64,000 nt of DNA. Source: Patescibacteria group bacterium. Its GTDB lineage: Bacteria; Patescibacteriota; Patescibacteriia; UBA2591; UBA6264. The translations under genes and the position numbers were made by a program. The stretch's first letter is position 1; each line of letters begins with the position of its first letter. The DNA is taken from the NCBI GenBank assembly GCA_021735685.1, contig JAIPGN010000001.1:202678-266677 (forward strand), given 5' to 3'. The notes under the pieces were generated by a model. The model was not told the DNA's origin, made no database searches, and saw only the letters and a list, made by a program, of their open reading frames with translations. Of the stretch, positions 27,856 to 36,811 are shown piece by piece.

Positions 27856-30717
27856 ATGGCTGGAAATACAAACGAAAAAGAAAAAGAGATTTTGAAGTTT
27901 TGGCAAGATAATCAAACTTTCAAAAAATCAATTAGAGATGAAAATTCTTCTAATTTTGTTTTTTACGAAGGTCCGCCAACTGCTAATGCTGCTCCGGGGA
28001 TTCATCATGCTGAAGCTCGTGCTTTTAAAGATGTAATTTGTCGTTACAAGAGCATGAAGGGTTTTCGAGTTTTACGAAAAGCAGGTTGGGATACGCACGG
28101 CTTGCCAGTGGAAATTCAAATCGAAAAAGAACTGGGATTAAAGGATAAAAAGGGGATTGAGAACTATGGTTTAGAGAAATTTAACAAAAAGTGCCGAGAT
28201 TCAGTTTGGCGTTACAAAAAAGATTGGGAAGCCTTAACTAAAAGAATGGGTTATTGGTTGGATATGAATAATCCTTATATTACTTATGAGGATAATTATA
28301 TTGAATCAGTTTGGTGGATTTTAAAGCAAATTTGGGACAAGGGTTTACTTTTTCAAGACTATAAGATTGTTCCTTTCTGCCCGCGTTGTGGAACTACTCT
28401 TTCTAGCCATGAATTAGCGCAAGGCTATCGTTTAGTTAAAGAGCCCTCGGTTTATTTGAAACTTTTAGTGGAAGGTCAAGAAAATACTTATCTTTTGGTT
28501 TGGACTACTACGCCTTGGACCTTGCCGGGTAATGTGGCTGTGGCCGTAAATCCGCACTTAAACTATGTTAAGGTTGAACAAGGAGGAGAAAAATATATTT
28601 TAGCTAAAGACACCTTGGTCTGTTTGGGCGAAGGAGAGCACGAGATTAAGGAAGAATTTCTAGGAAAAGATTTAATTGGGTGGAAATATAAAGCTCCCTA
28701 TGCGGTTAAGCCCGAAAAAAAGGAAAGAATTTATGAAATCCTAGAAGGAGATTTTATTACCTCGGAAGAGGGGACGGGTTTAGTTCATATTGCCCCAGCT
28801 TTTGGTGAGGATGATTATCAATTAATTAAATCACAGGAAAGTCAATTTGCTTTTTTAATGACAGTTGATGGAAAAGGAAATATGAAGACCCCGAATTATG
28901 CTTGGGATCAGATGTTTGTCAAAGAAGCTGACCCTTTAATCATTAAAGACTTAAAAGAAAGAAATATCTTGTTCAGGGAAGAGCTTTATGAACATGATTA
29001 TCCTTTTTGTTGGCGTTGTGACACTCCTTTAATTTATTACGCCCAATCTTCTTGGTTTATTAAAATGACTGAGTTGCGGGAAAAACTAATAGCTAATAAT
29101 GAAAAGATAAATTGGATTCCTCAACACCTGAAAAAGGGACGTTTTGGTGAATGGTTACGCGAAGTTAAAGATTGGAATCTTTCTCGGGAAAGATATTGGG
29201 GTACTCCTTTACCTATTTGGCAATGCGAGAATAAAGAATGTAATCATCAGCAAGTAATTGGTTCAATTCAGGAGTTAAAAGATCTTTCTGGTCAAGATTT
29301 AACTGACCTCCATCGTCCCGCCATTGATGAAGTGATTTTTTCTTGTAAGAAATGTGGTTCAAAAATGCACCGAGTGCCAGAAGTAATTGATTGTTGGTTT
29401 GATTCTGGCTCAATGCCTTTTGCTCAACAACATTATCCTTTTGAAAACAAGGAATTAATTGACCAGGGTCAGGCCTTTCCCGCTGATTTTATTTCCGAAG
29501 GAATTGACCAGACTCGTGGTTGGTTTTATACTCTTTTGGCAATTTCTACTTTATTAGAAAAGGAGCCAGCCTATCGTAATGTAATTACAGTTGGCATTAT
29601 TCTAGATGAAAAGGGGCAGAAGATGTCTAAGTCCAAAGGCAATATTGTGATTCCAAAAGAAGTAATAGAAAAAGTAGGAGCTGATTGCTTGCGTCTCTAT
29701 TTCTATACCCTTAATCAAGTAGATCAATCTAAGAAATTTTCTCAACAAGATTTACAAGACTTGCATCGTAAATTTTTCTTTACCTTAAATAATTGTTTAA
29801 GTTTTTGGAAAATGTACGAAGGCGAAGAAAGCAAACAAGATTTGAATTTAGAAAAAGTAAGTCATGTTTTAGATCGTTGGATTATTTCTCGTTTACAGAG
29901 CGTCATTCAAAAAGTTAACGAAAATATGGATAAATATGACGTGGTTTCTGCAGCTCGTCTTTTTTTGGACTTAGTTGATGATTTGTCTAATTGGTATATT
30001 CGTCGCTCACGTTCTCGGTTCCAAAAACCAAACACTCCCCAAGAAAAAGAAGAGGCGAGTCTGGTTTTGCGCTATTTACTTTTAGAGGTTGCCCGTTTGC
30101 TAGCTCCGTTTACTCCTTTTGTGAGTGAGGAAATTTATCAGATTTTAAAAAAAGAAGAAGATGTAAACAGTATACACTTAACTGACTATCCTCAGGTCCA
30201 AGAAAAATATCCTGATCAAGAGCTAGAGAAAAATATGGCTCAAGTTAAAAACGTGGCCAGTTTGGGTTTGGCCGAAAGGGTTAAGGCCGGAATTAAAGTT
30301 AAGCAACCTCTTTCTCTTTTAAAAGTTTCTGACAAAGAAATAAAAGACTCTTCAGAGTTATTGGATTTGATTAAAGAAGAGATTAATGTAAAGGCAGTGC
30401 AAGTTGATTCAGAATTAAAAGAAGGAGTTTGGTTAGATTTAGAGCTAACTCCCGAGTTAAAAGCCGAAGGGCAAGTGCGAGAAGTGGTGCGAGCAATTCA
30501 ACGCATAAAGAAAGAAGCTGAGGTTTGCCCTCAAGACCAAGTGCAAGTAGCTTATCAAACCGAAGATTTGCAAGAGCTTTTAGAGAAATACCAGGATTTA
30601 ATCAAAAAGGAAACTCGAGTAGAGTTTATTGATTTACAGAAAGGAGAATTTTCCCAAGAAAAGAAAATTAAAATTGATGATAAAGAAATCACTCTTTATT
30701 TAAAGGTTGCGAAATAA
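27856..30717 (+). CDS. ileS: Isoleucyl-tRNA synthetase
   Basis: PGIHHAEARAF is the HIGH-type motif, GWDTHGLPVE is an IleRS signature, and KMSKSKGN is the KMSKS motif. Start chosen at ATG 27856 (MAGNTNEKEKEILKFWQDN); the upstream 46 codons of the track ORF are not IleRS-like. Confidence 0.9.
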   Translation: MAGNTNEKEKEILKFWQDNQTFKKSIRDENSSNFVFYEGPPTANAAPGIHHAEARAFKDVICRYKSMKGFRVLRKAGWDTHGLPVEIQIEKELGLKDKKGIENYGLEKFNKKCRDSVWRYKKDWEALTKRMGYWLDMNNPYITYEDNYIESVWWILKQIWDKGLLFQDYKIVPFCPRCGTTLSSHELAQGYRLVKEPSVYLKLLVEGQENTYLLVWTTTPWTLPGNVAVAVNPHLNYVKVEQGGEKYILAKDTLVCLGEGEHEIKEEFLGKDLIGWKYKAPYAVKPEKKERIYEILEGDFITSEEGTGLVHIAPAFGEDDYQLIKSQESQFAFLMTVDGKGNMKTPNYAWDQMFVKEADPLIIKDLKERNILFREELYEHDYPFCWRCDTPLIYYAQSSWFIKMTELREKLIANNEKINWIPQHLKKGRFGEWLREVKDWNLSRERYWGTPLPIWQCENKECNHQQVIGSIQELKDLSGQDLTDLHRPAIDEVIFSCKKCGSKMHRVPEVIDCWFDSGSMPFAQQHYPFENKELIDQGQAFPADFISEGIDQTRGWFYTLLAISTLLEKEPAYRNVITVGIILDEKGQKMSKSKGNIVIPKEVIEKVGADCLRLYFYTLNQVDQSKKFSQQDLQDLHRKFFFTLNNCLSFWKMYEGEESKQDLNLEKVSHVLDRWIISRLQSVIQKVNENMDKYDVVSAARLFLDLVDDLSNWYIRRSRSRFQKPNTPQEKEEASLVLRYLLLEVARLLAPFTPFVSEEIYQILKKEEDVNSIHLTDYPQVQEKYPDQELEKNMAQVKNVASLGLAERVKAGIKVKQPLSLLKVSDKEIKDSSELLDLIKEEINVKAVQVDSELKEGVWLDLELTPELKAEGQVREVVRAIQRIKKEAEVCPQDQVQVAYQTEDLQELLEKYQDLIKKETRVEFIDLQKGEFSQEKKIKIDDKEITLYLKVAK

Positions 30718-30730
30718 CTGAAAACGTTTA

Positions 30731-30751
30731 CTTGGGAGCCGAGCTTCTAAG
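30731..30751. repeat. Hairpin CTTGGGAGC-cga-GCTTCTAAG (P3 family copy 1)
   Basis: Related to CTTAGGAGC-cga-GCTCCTAAG at 30985-31005. G-U pairs would keep the stem intact in RNA. Confidence 0.5.
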
Positions 30752-30809
30752 TAAATAGTTGTCCACAGGGGAGGGGTTGCTAAAAAATAAAATTTTATTA
30801 AAATAAACT

Positions 30810-30886
30810 ATGGTGCTTGTCACGAACTTCGGTTCTTTGGTTTTCGTAAGGTTCGCCTTTCGTTTACCAAGCAAGCACCATTTTTT
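30810..30886 (+). ncRNA. GGTGCTTG-stem structured element with two internal UUCG-tetraloop hairpins and a T-run (complex terminator or small RNA), copy A
   Basis: ATGGTGCTTG...CAAGCACCAT 10-bp closing stem encloses GAAC-TTCG-GTTC and GTAAGG-TTCG-CCTTTCG, then TTTTTT. It is about 75% identical to the copy at 62983-63059, whose closing-stem bases differ. Confidence 0.4.
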
Positions 30887-30984
30887 ATTTCCGAAAATGG
30901 AATTGTAAGTCGAAAAAATGACGAGAAAAAAGATTTAGCTTGTTAAGCTGCTCAAAACATTTCTGGGCGGCTTCTTTATATCTA

Positions 30985-31005
30985 CTTAGGAGCCGAGCTC
31001 CTAAG
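30985..31005. repeat. Hairpin CTTAGGAGC-cga-GCTCCTAAG (P3 family copy 2)
   Basis: Perfect 9-bp palindrome with a CGA loop in the 390-bp ORF-free region 30718-31106. Confidence 0.5.
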
Positions 31006-31106
31006 AGCTGCCTAGGTCCGACCTCGACAGGAAAGTAAATAAAAAAAAGACGCAAAGAGTAAAATCAAAGCATCTTTTTTATTGATTTAAGTATTTGAAT
31101 TTGTTT

Positions 31107-31805
31107 TTAGCTGGAATTACTATTAGCTTCCATTATTTTTTCATCTTTATCCACAGCTTTTTTGACCTTGTGGCGATAAGCATAAAATTGATAGATAGTG
31201 AAAATAGCCATGGAAGAGATAATAATGCCAATAACATTTAAGCTAAAAAGATAAAGCGATTGACGGGTAATTAAATTATTAGAAGTGGAGAGAGCTAGCC
31301 CCAAAGTACTTAAAGGAGGAATGAGGGCTACAGAGATAGCTACACCTGGCATGGATTCATTCATGTGTGGTCGAACCGTGGCTAAAGTTCCGGCTAAGCC
31401 GGAAATAATAGCAATAATGAAATAAGAGACTAGAAAATCTTCCGAGAAAAGGAAAAAGTTTTCTAAAACTTGAGCTTTTTTTATAAAAATAAAACCAACC
31501 AAAGCGCTAACTGCTACGCAGATGGCAAAGGATTTTACAATTGTAGCCAGAGAACGCAAAGTTAACTTAGGGTCCAGAATTACTATCCCTAGACCTAGGC
31601 TTAGTACGGAATAAAGCAGGGGAGCAACCAACATGGCTCCAACTAGAATAGCGGTATTATTCATAATAATCGCAAAGCTGGCGATTAAACTAGACAAGGC
31701 AGTCATGATAAAAAATTCTCGACGAGGTGAACTGTTTTCAATGAGTCTTTCAATGGTTTCGTTTTGTTCGTTATTGGTAATATTATTAAAAAGTTTCTTA
31801 AACAT
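31107..31805 (-). CDS. DUF389 (TIGR00341) family membrane protein
   Basis: ALSSLIASFAIIMNNTAILVGAMLVAPLLYSV matches the DUF389 NSxAVIIGAMLIxPLM signature. Multi-TM protein. Confidence 0.6.
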   Translation of the reverse strand: MFKKLFNNITNNEQNETIERLIENSSPRREFFIMTALSSLIASFAIIMNNTAILVGAMLVAPLLYSVLSLGLGIVILDPKLTLRSLATIVKSFAICVAVSALVGFIFIKKAQVLENFFLFSEDFLVSYFIIAIISGLAGTLATVRPHMNESMPGVAISVALIPPLSTLGLALSTSNNLITRQSLYLFSLNVIGIIISSMAIFTIYQFYAYRHKVKKAVDKDEKIMEANSNSS

Positions 31806-31856
31806 ATTTTCTTTATTTTAATTGTGATTAGCTTTAATTTATGATAATATATAAGT

Positions 31857-33860
31857 ATGATTAAGGCAAGTTGGGAAAAATTTTTAAGAATTATTATTAA
31901 ATTAGGGAGCGGGGCAATTTTATTTTTGCCTCTTTTTGTTTATCAACCAGTGCTTTATCCTTATATCTTTTCCAAGATTATTGTTTTTCAGATAATTGTA
32001 GAAATTCTTTTGGTGACTTGGCTTTTTCTTTTAATTTATGGCCCTCGAAAATATCGGTTAAATTTTCGCCAGCCATTTTTATTATCTCTAAGTATTTTTA
32101 TTTTAGTTTTAATTATTTCTTCTTTGGCGGGGGTAGATTTGTCCAGAAGCTGGTGGAGTATTCAAGAAAGAATGACGGGGATAATTACTTTGCTCCATTT
32201 TTATCTTTGGTTTTTGATTTTAGCCAGTGTTTTTTCGCAAAAAAAAGATTGGCTTTTCTTAATTAAAACTACTTTAATCTCTTCTTTTTTAGTGGGGCTT
32301 TATGGTTTAGGTCAAAAAATAGGATTTTCTTTTCTTTTGAAAGATGGAGCAACTCGGATGAGTGCTACTTTGGGTAATCCTGATTTTTTAGGAGTTTACT
32401 CCTTGCTTCATGTTTTTTTAGCGAGTATTTTATTTATTGAAACCAAAAAAATCTGGAAATTTTTGGGCGTTTTTCTAGCGCTTTTTAATTTAGTAATTTT
32501 ATTTTTAGCTGCTACGCGGGGAGCTATTTTAGCCTTGGGTTTTGTCATTTTTGCTTTACTTTTTTTCTTATTTTTCTGCGGGAAAACCAAAAAGATTTTG
32601 AAAGTTTTTTTATTGATTCTTTTTTTGATCTTAATTGGAGCTGGTTTATTCTTGCGAGCTAGTCAAGAACAAGAATGGTTCAAAAAAGTGCCTCTGCCTA
32701 TTAAAAGAATGACAAGATTAAGCCCCAGCGAAAATACAACGCGGCTAAAAGCTTGGCAAATTGGCTTACAAGCTTTTCAAGATCGTCCTTTTTTGGGTTG
32801 GGGGGTTGATAATTATAATGTAGCTTTTAATCGGCATTATGATCCTTGGTACTTAACCAAGGGCGATAATGCTACTTGGTTTGATAAAACCCATAATCAA
32901 GTTATTGATCTTTTGGCTTGTACGGGAATTTTGGGGACTTTGGCTTATTTAAGTATTTTCTTTTTTCTCTTATGGTTTTTAAGGAAAAAATATTTAGAAT
33001 CTAAGGCTACAGAGATTCGGGCTGGGCCATCGGCCTTTTCTATTATTACCTTAATCCTTCTTTTTGTTGCTTATTTTATTCAAAATTTATTTGTTTTTGA
33101 TACACCGAGTTCCCTGATTCTTTTCTATTTTGCTTTGGCTTTTAGCTATTTTATTTTGCAATCAAGAACAGCAGAGCCGGTTCAAGACAAGAAAAATGCT
33201 TTTCCCTTGCCGCTGCTTATATTTTTAATTCTTCTCATTATTCCTTGGTTAATGTTTAAAGTTAATCTTGAGCCTTGGCAAAAAAGTAAATTGGGGATAA
33301 GAGGAGTTCATTTCAATAGTCTTGATTTTCCGGCCGGTATGAAATGGTATGGTCAGGCTTTAGAGGGTTCGTCTTTTGTTGATGATGAAATCAGATTGCA
33401 ATTAGCTAAGCAAATTTCTGAAAAGCATGCCGAGGTGGATCAAGAAACCACAGATGCGGATTTACAAGTTTTAGCTCAGGCTACAGAATTAACTATTTTA
33501 GAATTTGAAGAAAGTATTCAGGCTCACCCCCAAGATGTTCGCTATTTTTTGTTTTTAGGACAATTATATAATTTGGCCAGCGTTTATCGTCCGGAATATT
33601 TAGAAAAGGCTCAGAAAATTTTAGAAAAAGCCCAAGAATTATCGCCGCGCCGTCAGCAAATTTATTTTGCCTTGGGTCGCACTCATCTAAGCTTGGGTAA
33701 TTATCAGAAAGCTCAGGAGCTTTTTCAAGAAGCTTATTTATTAGAGCCCGGCGCAGGATTGGCTCGTAATAATCTTATGAAAGTTCTTAGGATTTTTAAA
33801 GAAAATAATGTTGATTTGGCAACAGATTTAGAAAATTTTATAATTGAGGAAAATTGGTAG
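31857..33860 (+). CDS. O-antigen-ligase-like (Wzy_C) polytopic membrane protein with C-terminal TPR repeats
   Basis: About 12 TM segments with LAATRGAILAL (Wzy_C motif), and C-terminal TPR-like repeats (LGQLYNLASVY..., LGRTHLSLGNYQKAQELFQEAYLLEP). Confidence 0.6.
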   Translation: MIKASWEKFLRIIIKLGSGAILFLPLFVYQPVLYPYIFSKIIVFQIIVEILLVTWLFLLIYGPRKYRLNFRQPFLLSLSIFILVLIISSLAGVDLSRSWWSIQERMTGIITLLHFYLWFLILASVFSQKKDWLFLIKTTLISSFLVGLYGLGQKIGFSFLLKDGATRMSATLGNPDFLGVYSLLHVFLASILFIETKKIWKFLGVFLALFNLVILFLAATRGAILALGFVIFALLFFLFFCGKTKKILKVFLLILFLILIGAGLFLRASQEQEWFKKVPLPIKRMTRLSPSENTTRLKAWQIGLQAFQDRPFLGWGVDNYNVAFNRHYDPWYLTKGDNATWFDKTHNQVIDLLACTGILGTLAYLSIFFFLLWFLRKKYLESKATEIRAGPSAFSIITLILLFVAYFIQNLFVFDTPSSLILFYFALAFSYFILQSRTAEPVQDKKNAFPLPLLIFLILLIIPWLMFKVNLEPWQKSKLGIRGVHFNSLDFPAGMKWYGQALEGSSFVDDEIRLQLAKQISEKHAEVDQETTDADLQVLAQATELTILEFEESIQAHPQDVRYFLFLGQLYNLASVYRPEYLEKAQKILEKAQELSPRRQQIYFALGRTHLSLGNYQKAQELFQEAYLLEPGAGLARNNLMKVLRIFKENNVDLATDLENFIIEENW

Positions 33861-33872
33861 AAATGTTATAAT
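33844..33872 (+). promoter_or_regulatory. Sigma70-like promoter upstream of eno (TTGAGG, 17 nt, TGtTATAAT)
   Basis: -35 at 33844-33849; extended -10 TG at 33864-33865 and TATAAT at 33867-33872. It overlaps the 3' end of the upstream gene. Confidence 0.45.
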
Positions 33873-33902
33873 TAATTAAGTTTAATTTTAAATAAATTAA
33901 GT

Positions 33903-35192
33903 ATGAGCAAAATAGCCAAAATAAAAGCACGGGAAGTTTTAGATTCCCGCGGTAACCCCACCGTGGAGGCAACTGTTTTTTTGGAAAATAGTATTCAAGG
34001 AAAAGGTATGGTTCCTTCGGGGGCTTCAACCGGTAAACACGAAGCTGTGGAATTAAGAGATCAAAATCAAAGTCGTTATTCGGGAAAGGGAGTATTGAAT
34101 GCTTGTCAAAATGTAGAAAAAATTATTGCTCCAGTTTTAGTTGGTCAAGATGTAGATTTGATTAAAATGGATCAGAAGATGTTATCTTTGGATAGCACTA
34201 AAGATAAATCTAAGCTGGGCGCTAATGCTATTTTGGCGGTTTCTTTAGCCTTGGCTCGTGCTGAAGCTAAAGAAAAAAAATTACCCCTTTATCAATACTT
34301 AAGAGAAATATATCAATTGCCTTTAGTTGAATATCAATTACCAACTCCTTTATTTAATATTATTAACGGAGGTATTCATTCTGATTCTGGTTTAAGCGTG
34401 CAAGAGTTTATGGTGATTCCTCTTTCTCCAAAAACTTTTCGGGAAAAAATGAGAATAGGAGCAGAGGTTTTTGGAGCCTTGAAAGAGATTTTAAGAAAAA
34501 AGGGTTTGACTTTTGCTGTTGGAGATGAAGGAGGTTTTGCCCCAAAATTAAAAAACACAGAAGCAGCTTTTGATTTATTGGTAGCGGTTTCCGAATTCAC
34601 TAAACATACTTTAGGAGAAGAGATATTTTTTGGAGTTGATGTGGCCGCTTCTGTCTTTTTTCAAGAGAAATCGAAAAAACCTTATTTATTTGAAAATAAA
34701 AAGAGAAGCAGTGCGGAAATGGCTAAAATTTATTGGAAGTGGGTCAAGAAATATCCTTTGCTTTTTATTGAAGATCCTTTTGCTGAAGACGACTGGGATC
34801 CTTGGACTTCCTTAACTGCTAAGATTAATAGCTTGGAACAAGGTATTTTATTGGTTGGTGATGATTTATTTACTACCAATATTGAAAGATTGAGAAAAGG
34901 GATTGAAAAATCTTCGGTTAATTCTGTTTTAATTAAACCCAATCAAATTGGCACCTTAAGCGAGACCATAGATTGCATTAATTTAGCTCGGAAGCATAAT
35001 TACAAAGTGGTCATCTCTCATCGTTCCGGAGAAACCAATGATTCTTTTATCGCTGATTTAGCCGTAGCAGTTAATGCTGACTTTATCAAAGCTGGTGCTC
35101 CGAATAGAGGAGAAAGAATAGCTAAGTATAATCGATTAATGGAGATAGAAGGCGAATTATCTAATTTGTCGCAAGCACCAAAAAGAAAATAA
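33903..35192 (+). CDS. eno: Enolase
   Basis: N-terminal IAKIKAREVLDSRGNPTVEA and C-terminal SHRSGETND are enolase signatures. Confidence 0.95.
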   Translation: MSKIAKIKAREVLDSRGNPTVEATVFLENSIQGKGMVPSGASTGKHEAVELRDQNQSRYSGKGVLNACQNVEKIIAPVLVGQDVDLIKMDQKMLSLDSTKDKSKLGANAILAVSLALARAEAKEKKLPLYQYLREIYQLPLVEYQLPTPLFNIINGGIHSDSGLSVQEFMVIPLSPKTFREKMRIGAEVFGALKEILRKKGLTFAVGDEGGFAPKLKNTEAAFDLLVAVSEFTKHTLGEEIFFGVDVAASVFFQEKSKKPYLFENKKRSSAEMAKIYWKWVKKYPLLFIEDPFAEDDWDPWTSLTAKINSLEQGILLVGDDLFTTNIERLRKGIEKSSVNSVLIKPNQIGTLSETIDCINLARKHNYKVVISHRSGETNDSFIADLAVAVNADFIKAGAPNRGERIAKYNRLMEIEGELSNLSQAPKRK

Positions 35193-35231
35193 AAGAATTG
35201 TATTTAATAATTTTTTAACAAGTTAGAAAAA

Positions 35232-36803
35232 ATGAAAAAACAAGATCAACGAGCTATGTTGATTATCTTAGATGGTTGGGGCGTGGGTCTAAAAAGTAAA
35301 GGAAACGCGATTGAGATGGCCCAAAAGCCCTTTTTTGATAGCTTAAGAGCCAAGTATTCTTATACAGAAATTTGTGCTCATGGTTTAAAGGTTGGTCTTC
35401 CTCAAGGGCAACCAGGCAATTCAGAAGCTGGTCATTTGAACTTGGGTGCGGGAAGAGTTATCGAAAGTGATGCTGTGCATATTGATAGTTTGATTAAGGA
35501 CGGAAGATTTTTCAAAAACCCTGCTTTTTTAGAAGGAATTAGCCATTATCAAAAAAATAAATCGCAAGTGCATTTAATGGGTTTAGTTACTGAAGAAAAC
35601 AGCGCTCATTCTTCGCCAGGTCATTGGTTGGCGATGCTTAATTTTTTAAAAGAAAAAAAGGTGCCAAAGGTTTTTTTGCATCTTTTTACTGATGGTCGTG
35701 ATTCTTCGCAACACGCGGCTATTAGGATTTTAGAAAGATTTGAGGCTAAAATTAATGGCAATGGCTCTCCTTTGAAAGTGGAAATTGTTAGCATTGTGGG
35801 GCGTTTTTATGCCATGGATCGAGTTCAAGAATGGAGTAACATTGAGAAAGCGTATCAGCTTCTTACGGAAGGAGAGGGCTTCCAAGCCAGTAGTGCGGCT
35901 GAAGCGATTGTTAGCGCTTATAACCGGAAAGAAACCGATGAGTTTGTTAGTCCGACGGCAATTGTTGATAAAAAAGGAAAACCTCAGGGTTTGATTAAAG
36001 ACAAGGATTTGGTTTTCTTTATGAATTTACGTTCTGATCGAGCCAGAGAGTTAAGTAAAGTTTTTGTTCAGAAAGATTTTGAAAAGAAAAATTCCAAGGC
36101 TTTTTCACGAAAAAAGTTTTTAGAAAATTTGTTTTTTGTAGCTTTAACTGATTTTGGGCCAGATTTAGGTCGAATTCGAACTGCTTTCCCGAGCCCAAAA
36201 GTTGAAGAAACTTTGCCTTTTTGTCTGTCTTCTCGCCAGCAATTATATGTAGCCGAAAGTGAAAAATATGCCCATATTACTTTTTTCTTTAACGGAGGAT
36301 ATGATCATGTGGTTGCTGGAGAAAAAAGAATAATTGTTCCTTCGCCAGCAGTTGAGTCTTATGACCTTCAGCCAGAAATGAGCGCCGAGAAATTAAGTGC
36401 CAAAGTTATTCAAGAAATCAATGCCAATCAACCTGGTTTTGTGGCCCTTAATTTCGCTAATCCAGACATGGTTGGGCATACTGGTAATTTGATTGCCGCG
36501 ACCAAAGCTGTTGAATGCGTTGATCGCAATTTAAAGAAAGTAGTAGCTTGCGCTCAGAAAAATAAATACTCTGTAATTATTACTGCTGATCATGGAAATG
36601 CTGAAGAGATGATTGATTTAAGGACTGGGGAAATACGTACTACCCACACTATTAATCCCGTTCCTTTTATTTTATTTGGTCCAGATCTTAAGTCGGTTCA
36701 ATTAAAGAAAGACGGTTCTTTGTCTGATGTGGCGCCGACAATTTTAGAAATTTTAAATGAATCAAAGCCGCCAATAATGAAAGGGCGAAGCTTAATTAAG
36801 TAA
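35232..36803 (+). CDS. gpmI: 2,3-bisphosphoglycerate-independent phosphoglycerate mutase, copy 1
   Basis: LIILDGWG, GNSEAGHLNLGAGR (catalytic Ser) and the ITADHGN metal site. Confidence 0.9.
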   Translation: MKKQDQRAMLIILDGWGVGLKSKGNAIEMAQKPFFDSLRAKYSYTEICAHGLKVGLPQGQPGNSEAGHLNLGAGRVIESDAVHIDSLIKDGRFFKNPAFLEGISHYQKNKSQVHLMGLVTEENSAHSSPGHWLAMLNFLKEKKVPKVFLHLFTDGRDSSQHAAIRILERFEAKINGNGSPLKVEIVSIVGRFYAMDRVQEWSNIEKAYQLLTEGEGFQASSAAEAIVSAYNRKETDEFVSPTAIVDKKGKPQGLIKDKDLVFFMNLRSDRARELSKVFVQKDFEKKNSKAFSRKKFLENLFFVALTDFGPDLGRIRTAFPSPKVEETLPFCLSSRQQLYVAESEKYAHITFFFNGGYDHVVAGEKRIIVPSPAVESYDLQPEMSAEKLSAKVIQEINANQPGFVALNFANPDMVGHTGNLIAATKAVECVDRNLKKVVACAQKNKYSVIITADHGNAEEMIDLRTGEIRTTHTINPVPFILFGPDLKSVQLKKDGSLSDVAPTILEILNESKPPIMKGRSLIK

Positions 36804-36811
36804 TATTTTTT

